Source: Pecten maximus (lineage: Eukaryota). From it: a stretch of 64,000 nucleotides of DNA. The notes under the pieces are model-generated. The model was not told where the DNA came from, did not search any database, and saw only the letters and a list, made by a program, of their open reading frames with translations. The stretch covers positions 45,818,001-45,882,000 of the forward strand of contig NC_047017.1 of assembly GCF_902652985.1 (NCBI RefSeq). The letters run 5' to 3'. A program made the translations under genes and the position numbers. The stretch's first letter is position 1, and each line of letters starts with the position of its first letter. This document shows, piece by piece, positions 38,580-51,599 of the stretch.

Positions 38580-39393
38580 CAACAGCCAGGGTTATATGAG
38601 GATGGGTGTCAAGGAGACACCAACAGCCAGGGTCATATGAGGATGGGTGTCAAGGAGAGACCAACAGCCAGGGTCATATGAGGATGGGTGTCAAGGAGAC
38701 ACCAACAGCCAGGGTCATATGAGGATGGGTGTCAAGGAGACACAAACAGCCAGGGTCATATGAGGATGGGTGTCAAGGAGACACAAACAGCCAGGGTCAT
38801 ATGAGGATGGGTGTCAAGGAGACACCAACGGCCTTTGTCATATGAGGATGGGTGTCAAGGAGACACCAACAGCCTGGGTTATATGAGGATGGGTGTCAAG
38901 GAGACACCAACAGCCATGGTTATATGAGGATGGGTGTCAAGGAGACACCAATTGCCATGGTTATATGAGGATGGGTGTCAAGGAGACACCAACAGCCTGG
39001 GTTATATGAGGATGGGTGTCAAGGAGACACCAACAGCCATGGTTATATGAGGATGGGTGTCAAGGAGACACCAACAGCCAGGGTCATATGAGGACGGGTG
39101 TCAAGGAGACACCAACAGCCTGGGTTATATGAGGATGGGTGTCAAGGAGACACCAACAGCCATGGTTATATGAGGATGGGTGTCAAGGAGACACCAACAG
39201 CCAGGGTTATATGAGGATGGGTATCAAGGAGACACCAACAGCCAGGGTCATATGAGGATGGGTGTCAAGGAGACACAAACAGCTAGGGTCATATGAGGAT
39301 GGGTGTCAAGGATACACCAACTGCCAGGGTCATATGAGGATGGGTGTCAAGGAGACACAAACAGCCAGGGTTATATGAGGATAGGTGTCAAGG
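38580..39393. repeat. Minisatellite, 41-bp unit, ~20 copies
   Basis: Unit caacagccagggtcatatgaggatgggtgtcaaggagacac. Confidence 0.96.
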
Positions 39394-40623
39394 AAGTAAA
39401 AACAAAAGTAAAACAATGGGATAAAGTAAAACAATGGGATTAAGACTTTATTTGGGCAGCAGATATATTTTGGTCACTTCAATGTCCCCTCCTGTAATTA
39501 TGACACATTCAATGACTACAATTTGTATATAGAAATAAACATACAATATTTCCATAAAAATCCTTAACTATTCATTTTTTGATAGAGGTATTTTTTTTTA
39601 ATATAGCACTTCTCAAATAGATTTGTGTTTTTAAGGAACATATTTTGTTAGTAACTGAAGTATCCAACTGGATGATAAATCTGCTGAAACATGTAATATT
39701 CCTCACTGTTCCTAATACCATCAGCTCCAACCATGGGAGTATGAACATTGCACGAGTTTTTATTGGTATAACAACACTGTGGATTTATCAAACATAGGAA
39801 CGTTTAAGTGTTTTCAGCGAGACAACTCCTCACACAATCTTACTAGAAAGACTGATGTATTTATTTTACAAATTTGAAGGAAAGAAAAATTCTTAATCTT
39901 AATGTCAATAATAAATCATTAAAACTAACATTGACATTTTGCCAGACAGTAAGTGTCAGGCATGCACGTAAAGCTTTTTAAGTTTTTATTTACGTGATTT
40001 ACATCCTTGATGAAAATCTTTGTCTTGATAAACACAGGCACCAAAACATTCACAAATAAAAGTTGATTTAATTAACCGATAAGTCATTGATCTGACAGGG
40101 TCTAATTATACCTAAATGAATCTCAATGTCGCTAAAGCAACTTTACAATCTAATTTAATAAATACAAGAGTCTAGGTGATAGAGAATGATAACACTGACG
40201 ATTCCTTGGTTGTTGATGTCTGATATCATAAACTTTGATTCACAAGTTATATATGGAATAACTTCTGTTATGACAAAATAAACATTGATCAATCCAACTG
40301 CAGAAATTGTGTTTCAGATTGAAATCATGTAAAAAACAGTATTTCGTCACCTTATATAATATAAACTCTTCCTAAAGTCAGGACAACCCACCCCAATCTA
40401 CAAGGATCTTGTCCCCACCCCCCAAAAACACCACAAACCTTTGCTTATGTCAAGACATCAGACGCTATCAATAATAAGTGGTTTGAGAGTATAGGTCTGT
40501 TATATAATTCTATAATATCCAATGTTTGTGAAACAGGCCTCACTCTCATTTTGATGGAAAAAAGATCAAAACTAAAAAAAAAATTGGAAAAAGACAAAAT
40601 TCATTTTCAGAAGTCTGACTGTA

Positions 40624-40868
40624 CAATATAAATGATGATTCCAAAATAACTTTCATGTATCAACATTTTATCAATATAAATGATGATTCCAAAATAACTT
40701 TCATGTATCAACATTTTATCAATATAAATGATGATTCCAAAATAACTTTCATGTATCAACATTTTATCAATATAAATGATGATTCCAAAATAACATTCAT
40801 GTATCAACATTTTATCAATATAAATGATGATTCCAAAATAACTTTCATGTATCAAGATTTTATCAATA
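40624..40868. repeat. 48-bp x5 AT-rich tandem repeat
   Basis: Unit aatataaatgatgattccaaaataactttcatgtatcaacattttatc. Confidence 0.95.
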
Positions 40869-42039
40869 TCAAGGAATAAATAACAAACTCAGCAAAACTT
40901 TGAAACAAAAGTTGACGAAACGATGAAGTGTGACTATAAACCGCTGACCACTTCTTTGCTGGAGAAAAAAAATCTTTGCACCCAGGAAACAATGAAAAGT
41001 ACTGTTGTTTACACTTGCCATGTGAATGGAGACTATTAAGTCACCAGGTTCTGAAGTATATTATTCTAAATATGTAATAAATACATATACTTACACATAG
41101 TGTGGAAATCTAATGGTAAGATGTCAACAGGCACGAGTTTTAGAATTGACAAAGTCAACATCTATCAATACTTTGAGTTAATATTGATATATTCCATTAT
41201 TACAAATCTCATTTATCAATAAACTTCATCACTTTTATCTTTTCCGACGCATTTTTATTTTTACAAATTCAAGTGTTTCCTCTGTCAATATATAAGTGAA
41301 CGCTTCAACATTATCATGAAAGACTAGGGCAAATCATCCGAGAAGTCTGCCAAGCGCCCAATTAATGCAGATTTTCAATTTTTCATGAAGGGGATAGAAA
41401 CAGCATTGAGGACATTACAAGCAAACACTTACAGTCTCCTGCATTAGGTAAATGAATTATTTCTAAATGGTGATATACTTTAGCAGGATCAACATCAAAG
41501 GCTGTCGATTTTAATGTTAAACATTTGTACTACTTGAGGACGGACTGGAGTATATAAACCTTCACAGATAAAGTACTGGGGGTTCCACGTCAAATAAAAT
41601 CTGTCTGGCTCAATACAAATGATTGTGTTCTCCTATTGTCCCCCACACATCCATCATTATCAAACTTATCAGGGCAACCAATAAAACTGTAAACCTTCGG
41701 TTGTTCTTACTGTTAGGGACAGCAGATCAAAGGTTTACAATTAATACTTGTATAAGTGTTTTCAAATATTTATATTATTATTTCAACTCTGTGTAAATAA
41801 ATAATCTATTATTTCAATGAGAGAATGCCACATCATTTACATTTTCCAAGGTAAAAAGAATGAAAGCTTGATAAATAAACACTATTTAATCTTCTAAATA
41901 TGCCAACCTTCACTTCAAATACTTTTAGTTTTCAAACTTATACAATAATAGTCAACATTAATTAATCATGTGTTGCATTTAAAATTGCAAGTGAGCTTCT
42001 AATTATTTAGATTTAATCAAAAGTATGGTTTTGATACAG

Positions 42040-42114
42040 GAATTGCTCCTAACTATTCTAATGATAGAGAAGGACGTGAGGGGACCGGTGGCCTAGTGCC
42101 TGTATCCCCCTCAG
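42040..42114 (+). CDS. Candidate 75-bp symmetric (phase 1) exon, (G)IAPNYSNDREGREGTGGLVPVSPS(G)
   Basis: Acceptor gttttgatacAG, consensus donor CAG|GTGAGT, one open frame and locally high GC. No partner exons found on this strand. Confidence 0.3.
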
Positions 42115-42145
42115 GTGAGTATTGCCCTACCCATCCCGTACGTCC

Positions 42146-44665
42146 ACAGTATAACAAACCTGTAGATCTGATCACAGTATAACAAACCTGTAGATCTGAT
42201 AATAGGATCACAGTATAACAAACCTGTATATCTGATAATAGGATCACAGTATAATAAACCTGTAGATCTGATAATAGGATCACAGTATAACACACCTGTA
42301 TATCTGATCACAGTATAACAAACCTGTAGATCTGATGACAGGATGACAGTATAACAAACCTGTAGATCTGATAATAGGATCACAGTATAATAAACCTGTA
42401 GATCTGATAATAGGATCACAGTATAACAAACCTGTAGATCTGATAATAGGATCACAGTATAACAAACCTGTAGATCTGATCACAGTATAACAAACCTGTA
42501 GATCTGATGACAGGATGACAGTATAACAAACCTGTAGATCTGATAATAGGATCACAGTATAATAAACCTGTAGATCTGATAATAGGATCACAGTATAACA
42601 AACCTGTAGATCTGATAATAGGATCACAGTATAATAAACCTGTAGATCTGATAATAGAATCACAGTATAATAAACCTGTAGATCTGATAATAGGATCACA
42701 GTATAATAAACCTGTAGATCTGATAATAGGATCACAGTATAATAAACCTGTAGATCTGATCACAGTATAACAAACCTGTAGATCTGATCACAGTATAACA
42801 AACCTGTAGATCTGATCACAGTATAACAAACCTGTAGATCTGATCACAGTATAACAAACCTGTAGATCTGATGACAGGATGACAGTATAACAAACCTGTA
42901 GATCTGATAATAGGATCACAGTATAATAAACCTGTAGATCTGATAATAGGATCACAGTATAACAAACCTGTAGATCTGATAATAGGATCACAGTATAATA
43001 AACCTGTAGATCTGATAATAGGATCACAGTATAATAAACCTGTAGATCTGATAATAGGATCACAGTATAATAAACCTGTAGATCTGATAATAGGATCACA
43101 GTATAATAAACCTGTAGATCTGATAATAGGATCACAGTATAATAAACCTGTAGATCTGATCACAGTATAACAAACCTGTAGATCTGATAATAGGATCACA
43201 GTATAACAAACCTGTAGATCTGATAATAGGATCACAGTATAGCAAACCTGTAGATCTGATAATAGGATGACAGTATAACAAACCTGTAGATCTGATAATA
43301 GGATCACAGTATAACAAACCTGTAGATCTGATAATAGGATCACAGTATAACAAACCTGTAGATCTGATAATAGGATCACAGTATAGCAAACCTGTAGATC
43401 TGATAATAGGATCACAGTATAACAAACCTGTAGATCTGATAATAGGATCACAGTATAACAAACCTGTAGATCTGATAATAGGATCACAGTATAACAAACC
43501 TGTAGATCTGATGATAGGGTCACAGTATAACAAACCTGTAGATCTGATCACAGTATAACAAACCTGTAGATCTGATGATAAGATCACAGTATAACAAACC
43601 TGTAGATCTGATAACAAACCTGTAGATCTGATGACAGGATGACAGTATAACAAACCTGTAGATCTGATAATAGGATCACAGTATAATAAACCTGTAGATC
43701 TGATAATAGGATCACAGTATAACAAACCTGTAGATCTGATAATAGGATGACAGTATAATAAACCTGTAGATCTGATCACAGTATAACAAACCTGTAGATC
43801 TGATAATAGGATCACAGTATAACAAACCTGTAGATCTGATCACAGTATAACAAACCTGTAGATCTGATAATAGGATCACAGTATAACAAACCTGTAGATC
43901 TGATAATAGGATCACAGTATAATAAACCTGTAGATCTGATCACAGTATAATAAACCTGTAGATCTGATAATAGGATCACAGTATAACAAACCTGTAGATC
44001 TGATAATAGGATCACAGTATAATAAACCTGTATATCTGATAATAGGATCACAGTATAACAAACCTGTAGATCTGATCACAGTATAACAAACCTGTAGATC
44101 TGATCACAGTATAACAAACCTGTAGATCTGATCACAGTATAATAAACCTGTAGATCTGATGACAGGATGACAGTATAACAAACCTGTAGATCTGATAATA
44201 GGATCACAGTATAATAAACCTGTAGATCTGATAATAGGATCACAGTATAACAAACCTGTAGATCTGATGACAGGATGACAGTATAACAAACCTGTAGATC
44301 TGATAATAGGATCACAGTATAACACACCTGTATATCTGATCACAGTATAACAAACCTGTAGATCTGATAATAGGATCACAGTATAACAAACCTGTAGATC
44401 TGATAATAGGATCACAGTATAATAAACCTGTAGATCTGATGATAGGATGACAGTATAACAAACCTGTAGATCTGATAATAGGATCACAGTATAACAAACC
44501 TGTAGATCTGATAATAGGATCACAGTATAACAAACCTGTAGATCTGATAATAGGATCACAGTATAACAAACCTGTAGATCTGATAATAGGATCACAGTAT
44601 AACAAACCTGTAGATCTGATGAATAGGATCACAGTATAACAAACCTGTAGATCTGATGATAGGAC
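42146..44665. repeat. Minisatellite, 36/28-bp units, ~2.5 kb
   Basis: Unit cacagtataacaaacctgtagatctgataataggat; the short variant lacks aataggat. Confidence 0.97.
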
Positions 44666-45719
44666 CAGAATCAATTAAGTTATTGGCCTGACATAAGTAT
44701 ATAAATACATGCTTGTTTTGTTTCTATAGAAACAATAAATCAATGTCATCTTAGATAAAATTGTAAAGAGAATTTAGAATGACATAAAGTTTACATTAAA
44801 TATATGTACATTAAATTGATATTTAGTCTATTTCTCAACCATGCATAGCTATAATTGATTTCTAAATGAAAGGTGTACATACAAATAGATGTTCCAGATG
44901 TACTATATCTATAATTGATTTCTTAATAAATGGTATGTACTGTATGTATATATATAATTAATGTTTTAATTACGATGTACTTTACAACATTTTATTACTA
45001 TAACATGTCCCATTATCTGCCCCAATGTACTCTTTACAGAAAACATCTACAATACATTTCTCCAGGAACAATCTAGGTCGGTATCTCTCACCCCCATTTC
45101 TCATTATGTTGGTTATAACTTTTTTTAGGTAGCAGAATATTAGCATTAATCACAAGTGGTTTCAGTCAAGGGGACATAACTCATACAAAAGGAGAGTGAT
45201 TTACATCTGGTAATAAAGGTGCTAGTCAACTGGATTAGGTGTGTGGGAGTTAAAGCTATGGTTTGATGCATTAGCATTTGATTTGATGACATCTACTCAC
45301 AAAAATAACCTGGAGATGAGATTTAATTATTTAATTAATTTAAATGTCATGTAGACTATATGTGGAATGTAAATGTCTGTGAAGGTCTTAGCTAAAGTGT
45401 AATGGTTTCTAGTATGACAGCTTATGTTTTATTTAATGGCTGTCGCATGTTTAGAGCTTTGATGGGTAAGTATGAATATGCAAATACAGACTTAGTGCTG
45501 TGCATACATAATTCCACTTCAACCTTTGTAACATGTTCTATGAATCAAGATGTTATATATTACATGGGAATCATAGGATAATACATTATCTGTAATCCAA
45601 TATCAGAAACATACATTCTTATATACAAATTAATCCTTTCGAACTGCAGTGTGTTTTTTTCTGATGTTTTGTTATAACAACCTTTAAAGCAAACACAACC
45701 CTGCCATCTTTTTTAATAA

Positions 45720-46470
45720 AAAAATAGAGGCAACATCTCATAGATCTACCTTCAGTTAGAAGACATCTCCTGGAAAATGAAATTTTGACCTTTGACTTCA
45801 ATGTGACCTTGACCTTAAGCAAACCAGACCAAAAAAGGTCCAGTGTTCAACACATACACTGCCTTGCCATTTTTAAAATATGCACAAAATTTGAATGACC
45901 CTACTGTTATCTTCAATAAGAACTAATTGGCTGAACAATTATGATCTTGACCTTTACTTGAACGCATCATTGACACAGCATTTACTGATGCAATACAGGC
46001 ACAGAGCATCACCTTGCATTAATCCTGACATAAATCTATGAAGTTTCACAATCTGCAGCCTGTGATCAAGTGACAGAAGTTATCACTAGAACATGCAGGC
46101 ATGCGATCTTGGACCTAATGTTCTTTGATTGCTACATGACTTTAACTTTAGGCATATTATGGATCCAAACATGTACATTCACCACAAGCCATCCTGAATA
46201 TACTTTCATAAAAATTTCATTGACCCACACATAGGGAGTTAGAACTGATGGCTCAGAAAACAAATCTGACCTTTGACCTTTGGTTTATAACTCGATCAAT
46301 ATTGATTCACATAAACATACCCTAATTATCTTCCTACATGTATTAATGACATTTCAATTACCTATCCTCAGAAAAGTGAAAAGTATTAAATTATTACATC
46401 ATACCTGCTATTTGATTCCCCCCCCCCCCCCCCCCCCCCCCCCATTCATTTCCTGTGAAGGTGTGATTGT
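45720..46470 (+). mobile_element. Decayed non-autonomous element with ~160-bp internal repeats (Helentron/HINE-like, tentative)
   Basis: tgacctt(t)gacc motifs at 45786, 45948 and 46267. aaaatttgaatgacccta (45887) matches aaaatttcattgacccac (~46211). A C-run lies near the 3' end (46418-46443). The family call is inferred from general resemblance to bivalve repeats. Confidence 0.45.
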
Positions 46471-46557
46471 ATATATCCATTTATACTATATCAGAAAACA
46501 TTCTTGAACAAGTGATGTGGCTTTTTTTTGCATGTTTGAAAGCAGTTAAGCGATAAA

Positions 46558-46657
46558 GGAGACATATTTGTACGATATTGGTATAAATAAAAGATAAAGT
46601 AGGAGACATATTTGTACGATATTGGTATAAATAAAAGATAAAGTAGAAGAGACATGT
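46558..46657. repeat. 44-bp x2 tandem duplication
   Basis: ggagacatatttgtacgatattggtataaataaaagataaagta occurs twice. Confidence 0.9.
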
Positions 46658-46722
46658 AAATTATGATAACACAAATAAGAATAAATTTGTAAAGCAACAT
46701 ATCGACATCACCTACTGTCTAA

Positions 46723-46873
46723 TTTATTTACAATATTCAGTTGACAACCAATGTTTTCAGCAGCACCATTTATTTACAATAAACATCAGTTGACAGCCAA
46801 TGTTTTCAGTAGCACCATTTATTTACAATAAACGTCAGTTGACAGCCAATGTTTTCAGTAGCACCAATTACAA
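46723..46873. repeat. 49-bp x3 tandem repeat
   Basis: Unit atttatttacaataaacatcagttgacagccaatgttttcagtagcacc. Confidence 0.9.
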
Positions 46874-48116
46874 TATGAAGGTCATTTTTTCTGACCTTCT
46901 ATATATGGTAAACATGTTTAGAGTTACATTTTACGATAGATCACTCAGACATTCAATATCGTTCAATGTGAATCATCGGCAATTTAAACAATTAAATGAA
47001 TACAAATCAACCATAATTTAATTACCCCTACCAAAATTCACTGAAGCATATAGTACGAGCATACAAATTTCACCCTTCAGCAAGTCTTGGACAAGAGCAT
47101 ATAACATATAATGGACGTTGTCGAGCAATAATTTTGTTCATGATATTTATCTATGGGACAGACATATTATATGTCCTTGAATTGTTTACAGTGTTTGGCA
47201 ATCCCAAAAAATATGACGAACATGTAATGGTGGAATTAATCGCTAGGGTTGGAGCTACATCATTTACGAACAGACATCCAGAGCCAATGTAACTGTACTG
47301 ACTCCGTACCAGGTAACCCGATGGTGATTATCAAGTGATCGATCCTTCCACCTCATTGGTTACATCAATATTATTAACTGATTTGCTACTGAAACAAAAG
47401 TCAATTGCTGTATTTTGTTTTCAGGGAAGTCGCCTTTCTGTCTACATTAGTGACGCGTGTGTCTGCGCCCACTTCCACCTGGTATCAATGAGGCAATTGT
47501 TGACAATCGTTTGATGGGCCAATATGAAAACTGTCCGTGACTGCTCGTGGAGGAAACTCGCTAGACTGTATGATCTAAGCGTTAATGGTGATAACATCAT
47601 GGTCGTACGAAATGTTACAACCTACCAATTATAGTAAGCCAGCCGAACCAAAAGCCCAAGAACAAAACCCTAATTAAATCAATGTACCAATTCAAATGCT
47701 ACTTCTTCAAAAAAAAAAAAGGAGGCGTACTCAATTGGCATGCATTTGTTTACAAATGTTACCAACAGTTGTAGCATTAGTTATTTCGGTGCAAGAAATC
47801 TGTGTAGTCAATCGTGATAATTTTATCTGTCACCTGATTACGGACCAGTTTGATTCATACCCTGATTGCTATCATTTAAAGGAATCTCTGGCACCAGCGT
47901 GTTCCAAAGACTCGCAGGTTTAACAACATATATGCTTCGACCAATAGCAGCTCCCCAGACAACATTCAGATGCCCTATACTGTAATTACTGCTTTACCGA
48001 TTTTGAAATATGTACTGTGTCGATTTTATGACAGATCGAATTCTGGTCGCTACAATAGCCACATAGATACTATAGATTGATAGCTTCTGATAAAGGGACA
48101 CAACTCAGTAACTAAC

Positions 48117-48182
48117 ATACAAATCGTCATGGATAAAGCACCTTCGGCACACGATCTTAGGATGCCTGAACAAGATTGCTAT
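48117..48182 (-). CDS. Candidate internal exon (IAILFRHPKIVCRRCFIHDDLY)
   Basis: Strong acceptor cctgtttttctgtcttacAG. Two overlapping donors, GTATGT (62 nt) and GTTAGT (66 nt). Only phase 0 is open; the 66-nt form would join 21180 in frame. Confidence 0.3.
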
Positions 48183-49087
48183 CTGTAAGACAGAAAAACA
48201 GGATTGTAGAAGGTGATTGTTGCTCCCCCTAGTGGAGAAAAGGCTTTCGTAGATAAGCCTAGCATTATGTCAAACTTAGTATTCAAACTCCATCAAAAGA
48301 AACTGTAAAAAGTCACTCAATGACCCAGCAACTGTCAAAGAAAAAATGTTAAAACTGGCATCCATTCAGAGAGGGTCCGTCAAAAGAAACGTAACGACCC
48401 TCCAAGATGGAATTACAGAGATTTGCCAGTGTAGAAGTTATCATAATGAAAAGAATACGAATGTCAAGCACCATTTCTCCGAGAGGTGTAATCAACATCC
48501 AGTTAAAACACTCCAATCGCTACTTTTAAATTATCTGTTTACAATTGTTTCTCTTCAAGCTGCCACTTTTGGTATTCTTTAAGCAATTATCTTTAGAGAA
48601 TGTGGCCACTGGATCTCAAAATGATGGTGTTTATACCTCCTCTATATTCAAAACTGCCCAACGAATAGAAATAGATACTTACGTTCTCTATTGGACAATT
48701 TCCACAGATCTCCCTTATATTCCTTATGTCTGAAATTACAGGGCAGAAACATTCTTACAATATCAATCCAATTATTGACAATTAATGTCAGCTTCTTAAG
48801 CTTACATTGCTTACTTATTTATACATGAGTATATATATCATGAAGCTTATAAAGAGAAAAAAATATCCTGACCCGTAAAAAGATCTTAATGAAAGCATGG
48901 AAAACAAAAAATTTCGAAATATGTTTTATGATTTAAAAGCTTGTTGACTTAAAATGTAAAGTTTTGAATCAGCTTTTATTAAAACATTGTTAACCGACTA
49001 GCAAGTCTTCCTATTAACAGAAAATAATCTATACAGCAGCATACACACAGCAGTCACTGATTTGTCAAAATGAACATAAATATATGT

Positions 49088-49313
49088 ACCTGGTAATAAG
49101 TTAGATCCCTACCCTGCAGGGTTTGAGTTTCTCAAAGACGCTGAGATTGCAGACGGTCATGTGTTGTCATAGTTGTGTCCTTGGGCAAGACACTTTACCC
49201 CAATTACTCTGAATGGCCTTCCAATTATTCAGTGAGTTAGCCACCAGCTTCTACATGGCGACTTTACATCAAAATGACTCTGGCTGTTCATGGGGAGATG
49301 AACCTAGTCAACC
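49088..49313 (+). mobile_element. Decayed tRNA-derived CORE-type SINE
   Basis: B-box remnant ggtttgagt at 49120-49128. gttgtgtccttgggcaagacactttacccc at 49172-49201 resembles the start of the CORE domain (MIR: tgtgaccttgggcaagtcacttaacc). Tail-like atgactctggctgtt...aacc at 49274-49304. Confidence 0.65.
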
Positions 49314-49929
49314 TAGGCAAGTTATTTTTTCAAAATCTTAAAGATTTTTTCCCCACATGGAAAATTTGCTTGTTTGTCAAATAAATTTGAGCTTTTACGA
49401 AATTAGAAAAATGTAAACTTTATTTATCTTACAACAATTCCATAACAAGTTATAAAACTTATACATATCACTTATGTTGACGTGTACATATATGTAATTG
49501 AAACAAACCTGTCAGTAAAGTTTGCCGAGGGGGAAAAAGGTCCTCTATAAATAGGTGATTTCTGTAATAAGGTTAATAAAAACACGATTGTGAAATAGTA
49601 ATATTCAAAACTATGGTTACCGTTTGACGTGTCTCTATACACATGATCGTAACAGAAAATTGAATTATTAGCACTACTTTGACATTTCCATTATAACTTA
49701 ACCCCAAACAGAACATTGACATTTCAACGTCAATCACACCACAACTAACGTTACTAATATCTTAATCATTTAAAATGCTGTGAAAAATATCAGACAAGTG
49801 ATGATAGAAACGGACAGAAACATCTGCTCCAACCTTTACTGTTGTAGAGGTGATTATAAAACCTTCCTAACGTCATTTAGGTGGTATATCGTTTTTAATG
49901 AAACAAGAAGAATTTAAAATCAACTGCTT

Positions 49930-50185
49930 ATCCATTATTCAATGAATTTCAATTCAATCTTGAATGCATTGTTATTCAAATTACTGGATGAATTCACTTT
50001 GAATGTGGAATGAATTCCATTTCAATTAGTTGGATGAATTCCAACACAATGTTTCAAATTCAATGCAAGATGAGGTGAACTCAAATTCAGTAGTCTACTA
50101 AGTGAATTCAAATACATGTACAATGTTTGATGAATTCAAACTCAAACTGAGTGAGTGAATACCAGATTACAGTATTCAAATGGAA
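49930..50185. repeat. Old degenerate tgaattc-rich tandem repeat
   Basis: Recurrent gatgaattc(c)a / ttcaaatt motifs. Confidence 0.5.
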
Positions 50186-51599
50186 ATGGAGCCAGTTTAA
50201 CCAGAGAAAAGTCCACCTATTGGAATATAAAGAAAATATCATTGCTGCCTTTTTCTTACCGAGGTGTAGTAGATGGTAACCCCCGAAGTTGATTTGACCC
50301 TTATTTATAAATATATATGAATGAATAAAATGTATTATATACCTGTTACTGATTGACAGGTGGATGCATGGTGAGGACAAACATTTAACAAGCCTCCACA
50401 ATTCTGATGGGGACATAATTAATAGCTATACAATAGACATATTTAGATTTCACATCCCTGTACTAACACACAGTGTCGATATATTGTGTTTGTTAATAAC
50501 ACAAGCTAGTAAACAAAGTTTAACAGGTATACACATCCTGTGCAGGCCTTCATACTTCAGGATAAAACTATTTGGGTAGGATGACAATATACCCAGCCTG
50601 ACAATTTACCTGTAAAATTAATCTCATCTCCGGCTCACACCAGTTGGCAGTCAATGAAACAGGGATAAGAATCTGACAGGACAGTAACTATCCCACTTCC
50701 GACCATGAATAAACATGAAGATTTTATTGTATATTCTTACGGTGATAATCATACTGTTTATCAGGTATTGTCCTCGCCACAACAAAAGGATGCCCTGAAG
50801 TTGCAACTGCTGTAAAATTTGTACTTTCATGAATGACAGTGGGGGGTGTCAAGTTCTCATTCCCTTCCTCCGCCCATCTCTCCGAATTATTGATCCATAC
50901 AAACCACAATTATAAAAGAGCCAGCCCCAAAACAAGGCTACCCCGGCCTGACAAAGAAACGGAATGTAGAATGTAGTACTGGTCGACGGCAGGGTCCACT
51001 GTCTTCGATCAACAACAGGTATCAATGATTGCTATCCATCATTGTCCCCTGTCCGAGGGGGCTAATTATGGCCCCTGTTACATCAACAAACCCCTGTAGG
51101 ACGCTACTCTATCTGACTGACCATTATTACCTTAACGAGATCCAGGTAAACTTTCTCAGGCCTGGCTGTTTGTAAACAGTTTATAAAGTAGAAAAGATGA
51201 TTTATACAGTTGAACATCCGGACACCCCAGATTAACTGCAGATATACTCTATTGATACTTTCTCTAATGCTCTTCACTTCTCAATAAAATGCACAAGGAA
51301 GTTATTGACTAAATTTTAAACACTTACAGGATATTTAATTTGGTGTGTTTTCATTTCAATACATCCTGAAGACTACTGGACCTATATACTCACGTAGCTC
51401 CCTTAGTACACATGTACTAAAAAGTTTATCATTTAACTTATTGGGGACTTTAAAAGTGCTTGAGGGGCAGATTACCATCTAAGTAATTTTCTGTCAAATT
51501 TGGTAAAATTTTGTTAAGATTTCATGTACATGAACAATTCTTCCCTGTTAGCACAGCCTTTCAGGCCCCATCATTTCAGGCCCAATCAATCATACCTAC

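Noticed and set aside
48117-48182. Resemblance of CRRCF / LFRHP to EZH2 or CHH/ITP-family peptides
   Set aside because: Only a few residues match and the cysteine spacing does not fit, so no gene name is assigned.
49500-49660. Possible decayed Tc1/mariner-like MITE (aaacctgtc...; similar cacctgtctattgtgaccacctg near 61845)
   Set aside because: No matching terminal inverted repeats or TSD could be defined.
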